Source: Candidatus Methanomethylicia archaeon (GTDB taxonomy: Archaea > Thermoproteota > Methanomethylicia > Culexarchaeales > Culexarchaeaceae). From it: DNA of 64,000 bases. The number at the start of each line of letters is the position of its first letter. Positions within the stretch are counted from its first letter, which is position 1. Location of the stretch: contig JAVYVS010000003.1 in the NCBI GenBank assembly GCA_038727515.1, positions 32,001 to 96,000 of the forward strand, read 5' to 3'. Below, piece after piece: positions 9,248 to 20,199 of the stretch. Under the pieces are notes generated by a model that did not search any database, was not told the origin of the DNA, and saw only the letters and a list, made by a program, of their open reading frames with translations. The position numbers and the translations under genes are program-made.

Positions 9248-10273
9248 CTAACATATCCTAGGAAGTTGAGAGCCTACTGGAGGTGGAATTACCCTCATAC
9301 CCCCAACTACAGTCTCCATAACAACATAACCTGGATGACTCTCTCTAACTTCACCAATAATATTAGCAGATTCACAACCATTCAAACTACGTATTTTATT
9401 TAGAACTTCATCTGCCATTATTGGATCTACACTTAAAACAGCTCTACCTTCACAAGCTAAATATAATGGATCTAAACCCATCATTTCACAAACAACCTTA
9501 ACTTCAGGTTTAAGTGGTATTTCAGATTCTTGAATATATATTTCAACATTATTCTTTTTAGCCCATACATTTAAAACACCAGCTAATCCTCCTCTAGTAG
9601 GATCTTTAGCTGCATGTATACCTCCAACATTAAGTGCACTCTCTATAACATTGTATATTGGAGCTACATCAGACTTGATATTGCCTATAAATGATAAGCC
9701 TTCTCTAACAGACATTAAAGCTATTTCATGATCACCAATAGTCCCAGTAACGATTATCTTATCACCACATTTAACACCATAATCAGTTATAACACGCCCT
9801 TTATGCACAACTCCTATTCCACACATACCAATTACTATTTTATCCAATTTACCCTTGGGCATAACCTTAAAATCTCCACCAATTATAGCTACATTATTTT
9901 CTGAAGCCACTTTTATCATAGAATCAACTATACGTTCAAGATCAAATATTGGAAATCCTTCTTCAACTATCAAATTATCCATTATAGCAATGGGTTTAGC
10001 ACCCATAACAGCTAAATCATTAATAGTACCGCAAACCGCTAACATCCCAATATCACCACCAGGAAAGAATATTGGATCAACAGTATAACCATCAGAAGTT
10101 ATAATAAATTCAAAATCCCCCATGGGAATAGATGCTCCATCATCGAGATCCTTCAATCCAATACCTCCAAAAACATTATGTAACCTAACCCTATTAACAA
10201 ACAATTTTTCAATAATTTTATCTGTTAATTGACCTCCACTACCATGAAACAATTTTATAAACTCATTCTCCAT
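9248..10273 (-). CDS. hypE: hydrogenase maturation carbamoyl dehydratase HypE
   Basis: HGSGG, DPIFFPGGDIG, KDPTRGGL, C-terminal LPRIC. Confidence 0.95.
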   Translation of the reverse strand: MENEFIKLFHGSGGQLTDKIIEKLFVNRVRLHNVFGGIGLKDLDDGASIPMGDFEFIITSDGYTVDPIFFPGGDIGMLAVCGTINDLAVMGAKPIAIMDNLIVEEGFPIFDLERIVDSMIKVASENNVAIIGGDFKVMPKGKLDKIVIGMCGIGVVHKGRVITDYGVKCGDKIIVTGTIGDHEIALMSVREGLSFIGNIKSDVAPIYNVIESALNVGGIHAAKDPTRGGLAGVLNVWAKKNNVEIYIQESEIPLKPEVKVVCEMMGLDPLYLACEGRAVLSVDPIMADEVLNKIRSLNGCESANIIGEVRESHPGYVVMETVVGGMRVIPPPVGSQLPRIC

Positions 10274-10346
10274 GATATCCCCACATCAAACATAATACTT
10301 AAAAGTATGAAATAAAAATTATCATGATAATCTTTAGGTGGAAGAA

Positions 10347-10745
10347 ATGAGTTACTATCAGGGGAATGATTTAAAAAAGCCCTCTGGAGGTAAGAAGAGA
10401 GCATATAGAGAGAAAAGGAAATATGAACTTGGAAGTCCACCAACATACACCACAATTGGAGATTCAGAAAAAAGAGAAGTTGAAAGAACATTCGGAGGAA
10501 ATAAAAAGGTAAGACTGAAGAAAGCAACTTATGCAAATGTTTTAATAAATGAAAATGGTGAAAGGAAGATTGAAAAATTAAAGATACTAAAAGTAAAGAG
10601 CAATCCAGCAAATCCAGAATACTCAAGAAGAAACATAATAACTAAGGGAGCAATAATAGAGACTCCTAAGGGAGAAGCAAAAGTAACATCAAGACCGGGG
10701 CAGGATGGAATTGTAAATGCTATTCTGATTAAGAGGAAGAGTTGA
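10347..10745 (+). CDS. rps8e: 30S ribosomal protein S8e
   Basis: [21 protein letters not shown]; start moved to ATG after AGGTGG SD. Confidence 0.95.
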   Translation: MSYYQGNDLKKPSGGKKRAYREKRKYELGSPPTYTTIGDSEKREVERTFGGNKKVRLKKATYANVLINENGERKIEKLKILKVKSNPANPEYSRRNIITKGAIIETPKGEAKVTSRPGQDGIVNAILIKRKS

Positions 10746-10752
10746 AAAATAA

Positions 10753-11085
10753 ATGAGAAAAAGGGGAGAAATAATAGTTATATGGCCCGCATATTTAAAT
10801 GCAAATTTAACTAGAAAAATGGGGAGAAGAATCCCAAAGGAAATAGCGGTACAAAATCCTACAATAGAAGAATTGGAAGAAGCTGTAAAAGAGCTAAAGA
10901 TAAATTATATTGTGGAAAAAGATAAAAAATACCCAAAAACATGGTTTAAGGAAGAAGGAAGAATTTTAGTGGAGAAAAAATGTAAAAAAGGAGAGTTAAT
11001 TAGAAAAATAGCATTAAAAATAAATGAAAAAAGAATAATGAAACGTAGAATCGAAGAAGAGAAGAGAAAAAGAGGTAAAGATTGA
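10753..11085 (+). CDS. srp19: signal recognition particle 19 kDa protein
   Basis: IWPAYL...GRRIPK, YPKTW; follows rps8e. Confidence 0.9.
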   Translation: MRKRGEIIVIWPAYLNANLTRKMGRRIPKEIAVQNPTIEELEEAVKELKINYIVEKDKKYPKTWFKEEGRILVEKKCKKGELIRKIALKINEKRIMKRRIEEEKRKRGKD

Positions 11086-11180
11086 TATTAACATTAGTAA
11101 ATATTAAATTTTACTTAAAATCACAATAAACTTATAAGTTTAGTTTTCGTTTAAAAATATGCTGAAACGGAGATGATCAC

Positions 11181-11408
11181 TTGACACACGCAGGTAAAAT
11201 CCTGCGGAAAATAAATGATAAAATGATTTTAGCAAGAGCAGAAAAAGCACCGAAAATAAATGCAAAAGTATACGATTCAAAAGGTAAAATCGTTGGAAGC
11301 GTATATGAAGTGTTTGGACCAGTAAAAAACCCATATATATTGATAAGAATTTTAGAAGGTCAGAAGGCAATCCAAAATAAAAAAGAAACAATATACTTCG
11401 GAGAATAG
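11181..11408 (+). CDS. gar1: H/ACA RNP subunit Gar1/Naf1
   Basis: VGSVYEVFGPVKNPY; srp19-gar1-tfb order. Confidence 0.85.
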   Translation: MTHAGKILRKINDKMILARAEKAPKINAKVYDSKGKIVGSVYEVFGPVKNPYILIRILEGQKAIQNKKETIYFGE

Positions 11409-11418
11409 GTGAGATGAG

Positions 11419-12342
11419 ATGGAGGAAGACGATAAGATGATTAAAACATGCCCAGAATGTGGAAGTATCAATCTAATTAGAGATAGTGAGAGAGCTGAAA
11501 TCACATGTTTAAATTGTGGATTGGTTATAAGTGAGAGGATGACTGATCCAGGGCCGGAATGGAGAGCATTTAATCCAGAACAAAAAGAGAAGAGAACACG
11601 TGTAGGTGCACCCATGACACTTACAATACATGATAAAGGATTATCCACAATAATAGATTGGAGAGATAAAGACATATATGGAAAAGATTTAACTCCTAGA
11701 AAAAGGGCACAGGTATACAGACTTAGAAAATGGCAAAGGCGAGTTAGAATATCAGATGCCACAGAAAGAAATCTCGCTTTTGCATTACAAGAAGTAGAAA
11801 GGATAACTTCACAATTAGGATTACCGAAGAGTGTACATGAAGAAGCAGCATTAATATACAGGAGAGCTGTAGAAGAAAAACTTGTTAGGGGGAGATCAAT
11901 AGAGAGTATGGCTGCAGCATCAGTTTATGCTGCTTGTAGAAGATATAATATCCCAAGAACACTTGATGAAATAACTAAAGTTGCAAGAGTGGGTAAAAAG
12001 GATATAGGAAGAAGTTATAGATTTATGGCTAAAGAATTAATAAAGAAGATAAATCCAACAAGTCCTGTTGAATATATACCGAGATTAGTATCACAACTTG
12101 GATTAGTTGGAGATGTTCAAACATATGCAAAAATGATAGTAGATGTAGCAAAAGATGTTGGTTTAACTTCTGGTAGAGGACCTATAGGTGTTGCGGCAGC
12201 AGCAATATACATATCAAGTGTAATATTGAATGAAAAGAAGACTCAAAGGGAAATAGCAGCAGTAGCTGGTGTAACAGAAGTAACTATAAGGAATAGGTAT
12301 AAAGAATTAACGGAAAAAATATTAATTGATATACCAATATAA
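11419..12342 (+). CDS. tfb: transcription initiation factor IIB
   Basis: CPECG...CLNCG ribbon, GPEWRAF, two cyclin repeats, [13 protein letters not shown]. Confidence 0.97.
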   Translation: MEEDDKMIKTCPECGSINLIRDSERAEITCLNCGLVISERMTDPGPEWRAFNPEQKEKRTRVGAPMTLTIHDKGLSTIIDWRDKDIYGKDLTPRKRAQVYRLRKWQRRVRISDATERNLAFALQEVERITSQLGLPKSVHEEAALIYRRAVEEKLVRGRSIESMAAASVYAACRRYNIPRTLDEITKVARVGKKDIGRSYRFMAKELIKKINPTSPVEYIPRLVSQLGLVGDVQTYAKMIVDVAKDVGLTSGRGPIGVAAAAIYISSVILNEKKTQREIAAVAGVTEVTIRNRYKELTEKILIDIPI

Positions 12343-12454
12343 ATCGATCATATAAATTATTTTTATAAAACGATATAACAACATAAAATTAATTTATAGA
12401 GCAAGATATATCATAATCTAGGGAAAATAATCCGTGAAAGGGAAATGATGCAAA

Positions 12455-12844
12455 ATGCCGAAAGTAGTGAAGCTCAGCGAAATGGAGAAGAAAGCTGTAG
12501 AAATAATTACTAAATCTGGGGATGATGGAATACTGCAAAGTGAATTATGGAAAAGGCTTGGAACAGATAGTAGAGAAGGTTCTAGAATAGCTATTAGATT
12601 GGAAAAAAAGGGTGTTATAACTAGAGAGCCAGTGGTATATGATGGTAAGCATACATACAAACTAAAAATCATAAAGAGAGAACCTAAGAGAATATCAATA
12701 TCCAGCGTTAAAATGCTACCATGCTTCTCATGTCCACTACTAATGAAATGCGGTCATGGAGGAGAAATGAATCCAATAATATGCAAAAAATTATCTGAAT
12801 GGATAATACATCAAGTAGAGGAAGAAGCAATTGAGAAAGCATAG
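12455..12844 (+). CDS. TFE beta subunit / RPC34 homologue (wHTH + four-Cys FeS domain)
   Basis: GILQSELWKRL wHTH; PCFSCP..KC...NPIICKKLSEW; downstream of tfb. Confidence 0.8.
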   Translation: MPKVVKLSEMEKKAVEIITKSGDDGILQSELWKRLGTDSREGSRIAIRLEKKGVITREPVVYDGKHTYKLKIIKREPKRISISSVKMLPCFSCPLLMKCGHGGEMNPIICKKLSEWIIHQVEEEAIEKA

Positions 12845-13451
12845 TAGAATTGATTATTACTACCGTAAAGCTAAGGTTGAAGGATATAGGTCTAGAGCAG
12901 CATATAAACTTAAGGAGATCAATGAAAAATTCAAGGTAATGAAAGAGGGAGATATAGTAATAGATCTTGGAGCTGCACCTGGCGGTTGGATCCAAGTTTC
13001 AAGGGAGATAGTAGGTGAAAAAGGTTTAATAATAGGTGTTGATTTAAATCCAATAATCAAATTTCCATGGGATAATGTAAAAACAATACAGGCAGATGTA
13101 ACAAATCCTGAAATTATAGAAAAGATAAAAGTTATGCTGCCGAAAGGTTATGCAGATGTTGTATTATCAGATTTATCACCAAAAGTATCTGGTATATGGA
13201 GTGTAGACCATGCTAGACAAATATTTTTAACGGAAAAAGCATTAAAGATAGCAATTGAACTATTAAAAGAAGAAGGTATATGCGTATTGAAGGTTTTTCA
13301 AGGACATTTATTAAAAGAGTTTATAAATGAAGTGAAAAGAAATTTTAAAGAAGTTAGATTATTCAAGCCAAAAGCTTCTAGAAAGAGAAGTGCAGAAATA
13401 TACATTATAGCTAAGAAGAAGATTTCACAACATCAAAAATTACCTTTATAG
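12831..13451 (+). CDS. rlmE: 23S rRNA U2552 2'-O-methyltransferase RlmE/FtsJ
   Basis: GYRSRAAYKL, DLGAAPGGW, VLSDLSP, KPKASRKRSAEIY. Confidence 0.93.
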   Translation: MRKHSRIDYYYRKAKVEGYRSRAAYKLKEINEKFKVMKEGDIVIDLGAAPGGWIQVSREIVGEKGLIIGVDLNPIIKFPWDNVKTIQADVTNPEIIEKIKVMLPKGYADVVLSDLSPKVSGIWSVDHARQIFLTEKALKIAIELLKEEGICVLKVFQGHLLKEFINEVKRNFKEVRLFKPKASRKRSAEIYIIAKKKISQHQKLPL

Positions 13452-14583
13452 GAGCATTTGTACGAATGCCCTTAATATGGAAATGAGTTCTAGATGCAAA
13501 GAAACCCATGGACTTAAGACGTTCAATAACTTCATTAACAGGTGGAGAAGAAATTTTAATTCTACGGGAAATTTCATCTAAAACATAAAATGTTGGAGGC
13601 CCTTGAGCTTCATCACATAAAACTTCCAGAAACCTATTTAAAATGGGGTTAACTGCATAATCCTTCAATCCTTTAACAAAATCTAAATCAAAAAGATTGC
13701 CAACCCATAATGGACCTGAAAAACTCATTTTTGAATTACAATTTGGACATGTATGTGGAATATAGGAGGACAAACCTTTAATAATAATTCTATAAAGACA
13801 ATTCTCACAAAAAGCAATATAACCAAGTAACTTAATTGATTCATTAACTTTCTTAATCCCCATATTTAAACGTAAAAACAATCTAATATAATGTGAACGT
13901 GCATAACAAATTAATGGGGTACAAGAAAAATCAAAAGTTGAAACAGTCCTAACTATATACCCTAATAATATTCTTACAGCATTTTCATGCGAAAAATCTG
14001 ATTTAATAGGTACAGCACCATACCTTCTAAGACATGTTAATGGGTATACTCCAAATAACGTTGCAACATCTGTTGCAGTTACACATATAACTCCACCATC
14101 TCTCAATGCAGCAATTGCAGAATGAATATACTTGGCTGGTGAACCAAATGGGTCTATATCAATTACATGAAATCTACTATTGAAATTGGTATTCATATAA
14201 AACATTTTCCTAGCATCTAAACATGAAACTGTATTGGAAATTTTAAAATCATTTAAACTCAAATTCTTCCATATTAATTGTACAGCCACTGGATTCCAAT
14301 CATTAAACCATACGAAATCAACATTTTTAACTTCTAAACCATATCTTATACCACGTACACCAATACCAGAAAGAGCATCACAAATCCTTAAATCCCCATT
14401 AACATAATCCTTAAAACGATTGATTACTAATACTGATAAATCTCTATCAAAAACCATATTTGGATTGTAGAATACAGGAGCATGTGAAGGTTCATTAACT
14501 CCATAATAATCCAGATCTGGAACATAAAGTTTTGCTTTACCTTCAAATGCTAGTTTAAGCTTTAAATTTTCAGGCAAGTCCAT
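13411..14583 (-). CDS. trm1: tRNA (G26) N2,N2-dimethyltransferase
   Basis: VFYNP, GVRGIRY, IDIDPFGSP, VTATD, GPLWVG. Confidence 0.95.
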   Translation of the reverse strand: MDLPENLKLKLAFEGKAKLYVPDLDYYGVNEPSHAPVFYNPNMVFDRDLSVLVINRFKDYVNGDLRICDALSGIGVRGIRYGLEVKNVDFVWFNDWNPVAVQLIWKNLSLNDFKISNTVSCLDARKMFYMNTNFNSRFHVIDIDPFGSPAKYIHSAIAALRDGGVICVTATDVATLFGVYPLTCLRRYGAVPIKSDFSHENAVRILLGYIVRTVSTFDFSCTPLICYARSHYIRLFLRLNMGIKKVNESIKLLGYIAFCENCLYRIIIKGLSSYIPHTCPNCNSKMSFSGPLWVGNLFDLDFVKGLKDYAVNPILNRFLEVLCDEAQGPPTFYVLDEISRRIKISSPPVNEVIERLKSMGFFASRTHFHIKGIRTNAPIKVIFDVVKSSS

Positions 14584-15112
14584 TTTTCAATCCCCCAACT
14601 ATCAATTTAAATATAAGCATTGGAAGGGTATTCCTATTTTCAAACGTTACTTCAAAAATTTGATAATCACCAGAAATAATATTCCTTATGGAGCTTACAA
14701 TCTTCCAATGAACTACTATTAGAAGTGGCTTATTAACATTGTTTGAAATAAAAGATAAAAGATCTAAAACTTTTTTACTCTTTAATTCCATAGGTCCAAT
14801 TTCATCGAAAATTATTACATCAGCATTATTTAATGCATCTTCCAATGCAGGTATAGCTACACTTTCAAACGATTCCAATTGAACAAAATATTTTCCAACA
14901 GTAAATGGTGAACTATATTTCACATGGGCAAGTAAACCCTCTTTACCACTTATCAAATCTAAAACTTTAAATCCAACTCTAACTCCACATTCCCTAATTT
15001 CAGGACAAATAACTCCTCCAACTTTAAACCCTTTATTCCTCAATAGATCTATAACTTTAAGACAAACGGTAGATTTACCAATACCAGGTCTACCAGTGAT
15101 TGCAATAATCAT
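14570..15112 (-). CDS. THEP1-type nucleoside triphosphatase
   Basis: ITGRPGIGKST, RVGF, IIFDEIGPME. Confidence 0.9.
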   Translation of the reverse strand: MIIAITGRPGIGKSTVCLKVIDLLRNKGFKVGGVICPEIRECGVRVGFKVLDLISGKEGLLAHVKYSSPFTVGKYFVQLESFESVAIPALEDALNNADVIIFDEIGPMELKSKKVLDLLSFISNNVNKPLLIVVHWKIVSSIRNIISGDYQIFEVTFENRNTLPMLIFKLIVGGLKNGLA

Positions 15113-15166
15113 TTAAATCAATAAAACTTTTATTAATTATTCTAATAAGTTTAAAGTTGAATTGAA

Positions 15167-15808
15167 ATGTTAATAGCTGGTATAGATGAAGCTGGAAGAG
15201 GTCCTGTAATAGGACCAATGATAATAGCTGGAGTAATGTTTAAAGAAGAAGATTGTATAAAACTTATAGAGATAGGCGTAAAAGATTCAAAAATTCTAAC
15301 TCCAGAAAGAAGACAAAAACTATATCAGAAGATAACGGAATTAAGCGTTAATTGGACATATGAAGTAATAACACCAAAGGAAATAGATCAAGCAGTATTT
15401 TATAGGAAGAGAACTGGAATAGGATTATTGAATAAACTTGAAGCTGAAGTAATGGCGAAAATTATAAACAGATTAAAACCAGACATAGCCTATGTAGATA
15501 GTGCAGATGTAGATGAGGAGAGATTTAAGAGGACGATAATGGAAAAATTAACACAAAAAATTGAGATAATATCAAAACATAAAGCGGATGCTATATACCC
15601 AGTAGTTTCAGCAGCATCAATAGTGGCAAAGGTAAATAGAGATTTTATAATAGATAAAATAAAGGAGAAATATGGAGACATAGGGTCTGGATATCCAAGT
15701 GATCCAAAAACTATAAAATTCATAAAGAAATGTATTGAAAGTGGTGAAATACCTGATTTCATAAGGATGAGCTGGTCTACCATAAAGAGAATTAGGAGAA
15801 CAAATTAG
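15167..15808 (+). CDS. rnhB: ribonuclease HII
   Basis: GIDEAGRGPVIG, DSK, SAASIVAKV, GSGYPSDP. Confidence 0.96.
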   Translation: MLIAGIDEAGRGPVIGPMIIAGVMFKEEDCIKLIEIGVKDSKILTPERRQKLYQKITELSVNWTYEVITPKEIDQAVFYRKRTGIGLLNKLEAEVMAKIINRLKPDIAYVDSADVDEERFKRTIMEKLTQKIEIISKHKADAIYPVVSAASIVAKVNRDFIIDKIKEKYGDIGSGYPSDPKTIKFIKKCIESGEIPDFIRMSWSTIKRIRRTN

Positions 15809-15814
15809 ATACTA

Positions 15815-16282
15815 TTATTCTTCCTCAATAGGAGTACTAAAAGCAATAATTATTGAAGTGGGAAGTATAGTTTTCAATTTAAATAGTTGAGGTCTATAAA
15901 TCCTAATTGGAAGCGTAATATTTTCAGGTGGAATATCATGTCCAAGAAGTTTCAAGATTGTAAAAGCTTCTACTTTACCTCCCAAAAGCTCATAGATCCC
16001 TCTTCCAAGATCTATCCTTCTAAGAAAGATTATGGGCAACATTAATTTATCATGAAGATCCGATGGTAAAAGATTACATAGTAAGTTTATTTCATTACGA
16101 TCGATAATTATATCTAAACCATTCCTAGACTTGATAGTATATGAATTATTTGAAGCAATATCCTTTAAACTTTTAAATTCAGTTGGTAAGTGATCATTCA
16201 ACTTTTCAATATCAGATTTATATATGAAGTTTAATAGACGATCTATTTTTACATTAACTCTGGACACGTATACCCTCTCCAA
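15815..16282 (-). CDS. DUF61 family protein
   Basis: LNDHLP..KSL, LPIIFLR, YRPQ; position after flpA. Confidence 0.7.
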   Translation of the reverse strand: MERVYVSRVNVKIDRLLNFIYKSDIEKLNDHLPTEFKSLKDIASNNSYTIKSRNGLDIIIDRNEINLLCNLLPSDLHDKLMLPIIFLRRIDLGRGIYELLGGKVEAFTILKLLGHDIPPENITLPIRIYRPQLFKLKTILPTSIIIAFSTPIEEE

Positions 16283-16979
16283 TGTATTTAGCTACAACCA
16301 TTGCATGATCCTTATCATATGGTTCTAAATGTACAATATCAATTATCTCAAATCCTCCATCCTTCAAGTAATTTATTTCACGTTTATATACTTCACTAGG
16401 TTCTAAAGTTACATCAATACTCCTAGCCTTTATTGCAAGCATAGCTAAACCATTTGGCTTTAAAAATAGTTTAGCATTATCAATGAGTATTTTAGCTTGA
16501 TCAGGTTGAGCTACATCACAATACATACCATCAACTATAGGTATCATATTACGATATAAATGTGGAGTACGTGCATCGGAGAGTATGGGTATTATATTAC
16601 GTCTCTTCTCACATAAATTCATAAATTCTCTAAAAGGTCTTGGGGCAATTTCCACACCAAATACATATCCATCTTCACCAATAATATCACTAACATGGCT
16701 AATTGTAGTTCCAGTGGAAGTACCAAGGTATAGTATACTTGAAATTGGCTTTATAGAAATTTCACTAATCCCCTTTAATATTGATGCAGCAAGCTTACTT
16801 CTATATGCATTCCAAATTCTAAATTCTACACCACCATAATTCACCAATTGTTCTCCATAAACTTGAAACCCAGGAGTTAAATTTATTGTTGCAAGTTTCC
16901 TAGAACCATCATCAAATTCACACCAATACACTCCCTTAAACTTCTCATCCTCATAAATAGTTTTTAAACTCATATTCAC
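16254..16979 (-). CDS. flpA: fibrillarin-like rRNA/tRNA 2'-O-methyltransferase
   Basis: VYGE, RSKLAA, LYLG..GTTISHVSD, DVAQPDQ, LEPYDKDH. Confidence 0.96.
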   Translation of the reverse strand: MNMSLKTIYEDEKFKGVYWCEFDDGSRKLATINLTPGFQVYGEQLVNYGGVEFRIWNAYRSKLAASILKGISEISIKPISSILYLGTSTGTTISHVSDIIGEDGYVFGVEIAPRPFREFMNLCEKRRNIIPILSDARTPHLYRNMIPIVDGMYCDVAQPDQAKILIDNAKLFLKPNGLAMLAIKARSIDVTLEPSEVYKREINYLKDGGFEIIDIVHLEPYDKDHAMVVAKYIGEGIRVQS

Positions 16980-18196
16980 CGCCTCTTTTTAACTTTCCTC
17001 TCTTTAATCTCAATACGCTTTTTAGTAGGTTTTGGATACAATTTCTTGATTTCTTCAATTCTCTTATATAAATCCTTTTTCAATTCCTCACCTATATATA
17101 CACCTGAAAAAGCATCAACTTTAGCTGCAATACTAAGTTTACCAGCTAAAGCTCTAGCTATCTTACCCCTCTGCCACTTCGGAGCTCCATGAATTTCTTG
17201 GCATTGAAATATTACACCATGCTTTGGAGGTTTAGTACCAGTGCGTAAAGCTCTAAATAAAGCTTTTTCAGCACCTAAAACTTGAATAGTACTTGATGGT
17301 AATCGAGAAAGTTTATCTAATCCACCAGCTAAAGATATTAGTCTAGCACTTATAAGAGCCCCAACTAAACATTTTAAATTTGGGCAAACATCATCAGCTA
17401 CAGAATCTATGTATCCCTCCAATTCCTCTCTAATATCATATAGTTTAATTATAGTATTAGCAAAATCTTTAATTACAGAAATATCTGAGTCACTTAAATC
17501 AGCACCTAATGAAGACTTTATGGCATTCATGATTTTATCAGCATCATCCCTTGAAACACCTAAACTGATAATCTTGTCTAAAGTGAAATTATTCCTAGAA
17601 CCTATACTTCCAACAATCTTTGCATACAATTTATGATCATCAATTATAGGATTAAGCTCTGGAAAATGAATACTATACCATTCTCTCAATCTATTCGCCA
17701 TTAAATTAACTATTTTAGTAACATCATCAATGGCATTAACTGATTGTGCAAGTAATAAATCTCTCTTTTCCACAGCTTTTCTAAGCTTTCTCCTCGATAT
17801 AACCATGGAGACATCATGTAAAAGATTATAATAATCTTTAATTGTTGAAATGAATTTAAGGGAAACTAAAACTTCTGGAATCATATTTCTAAGCTTCTTA
17901 AAAGTCATATTTTCAGGATCCAAATATAATTCTACTTTTCCATGCACTAATTTCTTAATTGTAGGTATGAGTTTTTCAGAATCTAGAAATATTTTACTAA
18001 TATTTGAGGAAATGATTTTATTACAAATCGATTTTAATTCATCTATAACTTCACCATCCTCTAATTTAAACAATTTATCTACAATATCCTCAATATTACC
18101 AGTGAAAAATTCATGAAGTAAAACTTTCCCTCCACTATTAAATACTATAAAGCCAAATGGGATATCTAAAAAGAAGCCTTCTAAATCAGCCATCAA
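16976..18196 (-). CDS. nop5: C/D box RNP protein Nop5 (Nop56/58)
   Basis: LREWYSIHFPEL, STIQVLGAEKALFRAL, PPKHGVIF. Confidence 0.96.
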   Translation of the reverse strand: MMADLEGFFLDIPFGFIVFNSGGKVLLHEFFTGNIEDIVDKLFKLEDGEVIDELKSICNKIISSNISKIFLDSEKLIPTIKKLVHGKVELYLDPENMTFKKLRNMIPEVLVSLKFISTIKDYYNLLHDVSMVISRRKLRKAVEKRDLLLAQSVNAIDDVTKIVNLMANRLREWYSIHFPELNPIIDDHKLYAKIVGSIGSRNNFTLDKIISLGVSRDDADKIMNAIKSSLGADLSDSDISVIKDFANTIIKLYDIREELEGYIDSVADDVCPNLKCLVGALISARLISLAGGLDKLSRLPSSTIQVLGAEKALFRALRTGTKPPKHGVIFQCQEIHGAPKWQRGKIARALAGKLSIAAKVDAFSGVYIGEELKKDLYKRIEEIKKLYPKPTKKRIEIKERKVKKRR

Positions 18197-18272
18197 TATG
18201 CCACCAACTATTAATGGATATTACACAATAACTTTTAAATGTTTTATACTAAACTATTATGCAAGGGCTTTA

Positions 18273-19184
18273 TTGGGTAAAGTAGATTTAAGTGTTGAAA
18301 TCGCATCAATAAAAATGAGAAATCCATTAATACTTGCTTCTGGAATATTAGGAACTACTGGAGCTCTTTTAAAGAGAGTTGCAATGTCAGGTGCAGGAGC
18401 AGTAACAACAAAATCAGTAAGTAAAAAACCTAGAATGGGATTTCAGAATCCAACAGTGATAAAACTTGAATATGGAATAATAAATGCTATTGGGCTATCA
18501 AATCCAGGTATACAAGAATTTAAAGATGAAATAAAAATAGCAAAGGAGGGAGGAGTTCCAGTTATAGTTTCAGTGTTTGGAGAAGAATTAAATGAATTTG
18601 CAGAAGTAGCATATCAAGCTGAAGAAGCAGGTGCAGACGCTATAGAATTAAATTTATCATGTCCACATGGCCCAAACATACAGTATGGACAGAATCCAGA
18701 ATTAACATACAAAGTTGTAAGCATAGTTAAAAGCACCGTAAAAATACCTGTTTTCGCAAAATTAACACCAGAAGTAACAAACATAGTTGAAATAGGATTA
18801 ATGGCAGAAAAAGCAGGTGCAGATGCTATAACGGCTATAAACACTTTAAGATCGGTTATAATAGATATAAAAACTGCAAAACCCATACTTTCAAACATAT
18901 ATGGTGGATTAAGTGGACAAGCCATAAAGCCAATAGCAATAAGATGTGTATACCAACTATATGATTCACTGTGTATACCAATAATCGGTGTAGGTGGAGT
19001 AATGAATTATGAAGATGCTATAGAATTCATGATGGCAGGTGCAAATGCAGTACAAATAGGATCAGCAATAGCATTCAAAGGATTAGAAGTCTTCAAAGAG
19101 ATAGAAGAGGGGATTGTGAAATTCCTAAGAGAGTATGGTTATAAATCGATAAAGGATATAGTTGGATTAGCCCATAAAAGGTGA
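18273..19184 (+). CDS. pyrD: dihydroorotate dehydrogenase, catalytic subunit (class 1B)
   Basis: NAIGLSNPG, ELNLSCPH, AINT, GGLSG; start estimated at TTG 18273. Confidence 0.93.
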   Translation: MGKVDLSVEIASIKMRNPLILASGILGTTGALLKRVAMSGAGAVTTKSVSKKPRMGFQNPTVIKLEYGIINAIGLSNPGIQEFKDEIKIAKEGGVPVIVSVFGEELNEFAEVAYQAEEAGADAIELNLSCPHGPNIQYGQNPELTYKVVSIVKSTVKIPVFAKLTPEVTNIVEIGLMAEKAGADAITAINTLRSVIIDIKTAKPILSNIYGGLSGQAIKPIAIRCVYQLYDSLCIPIIGVGGVMNYEDAIEFMMAGANAVQIGSAIAFKGLEVFKEIEEGIVKFLREYGYKSIKDIVGLAHKR

Positions 19185-19188
19185 TTGT

Positions 19189-20001
19189 ATGAAGCCAATC
19201 CTGAGTAGAATAATATCAATAAGAGAAGAAGGTAAAGATAGAAAAACCATAACTGTTCTAAATAAACAGATTGCAAGAAATGCGACCCCAGGGCAATTCA
19301 TAATGGTATGGATACCTGGAGTAGATGAAATACCCATGGGAATATCATATATTGGAGAAGAGGAAATAGCATTTACAGTACATAGGGTAGGTGAAGCAAC
19401 AGCAGCATTACATGAAATGAAAGTGAATGATTATATTGGAATTAGAGGTCCTTATGGGAGAGGATTCAAAGAAGTAAATGGACGTATAATTATTATAGGT
19501 GGTGGAACTGGGATGGCCCCCTTAATGCCATTAGTAAGAAGATTAATTGAGAAAAGGGAAAATAAAGTTACAGTAATAAATGGTGCTAAAAGTGTAGATG
19601 AAATGATATATAGGGATGAACTCAATAAACTTATGAGTGAAGGAAGGATAAGATACATACCAGCCACCGAAGATGGAAGTTTAGGGTATCATGGATTAGC
19701 AACAGATGCTTTAGAAGAATTATTGAATGAAGATGAGAAGCCAGATGAAATATATGTATGTGGACCAGAAGTCATGATAAAAAAGGTTATGGAAATAGCA
19801 TTGAAAAAACAGGTACATATGCAAGCAGCCATAGAGAGATATATAAAGTGTGCCATAGGAATATGTGGTTCATGCGCTGTAGATCCCATAGGACTTAGAG
19901 TATGTGTTGAAGGTCCAGTGATACCATTAGAAATTTTAACAAAAATTTCAGAACTAGGGATGTATAAAAGAGAAGCTTCAGGGGCAAAGATAAAAATTTA
20001 A
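19189..20001 (+). CDS. pyrK: dihydroorotate dehydrogenase electron transfer subunit
   Basis: PGQFIM, GPYGRGF, GGGTG, CAIGICGSC...VC 2Fe-2S motif. Confidence 0.93.
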   Translation: MKPILSRIISIREEGKDRKTITVLNKQIARNATPGQFIMVWIPGVDEIPMGISYIGEEEIAFTVHRVGEATAALHEMKVNDYIGIRGPYGRGFKEVNGRIIIIGGGTGMAPLMPLVRRLIEKRENKVTVINGAKSVDEMIYRDELNKLMSEGRIRYIPATEDGSLGYHGLATDALEELLNEDEKPDEIYVCGPEVMIKKVMEIALKKQVHMQAAIERYIKCAIGICGSCAVDPIGLRVCVEGPVIPLEILTKISELGMYKREASGAKIKI

Positions 20002-20031
20002 GCATCCTAGACAAATATTAATCTGATAATC

Positions 20032-20199
20032 ATGCCAAGCCACGGATCTTTAACTAAAGCGGGAAAAGTAAGATCAGCAACACCAAAAATACCAGCTAAA
20101 CCTAGAAGAAACTCTATACCTAGAATTGGAAAAAGGAAAAATTATTTTAGACGTGAAATCATGGGCGGAATCCCCTGGAGAAAGGAAAAAGCAAGTTAA
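20032..20199 (+). CDS. rps30e: 30S ribosomal protein S30e
   Basis: Own translation MPSHGSLTKAGKVRSATPKIPAK... (55 aa, below the ORF-track cutoff). Confidence 0.95.
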   Translation: MPSHGSLTKAGKVRSATPKIPAKPRRNSIPRIGKRKNYFRREIMGGIPWRKEKAS

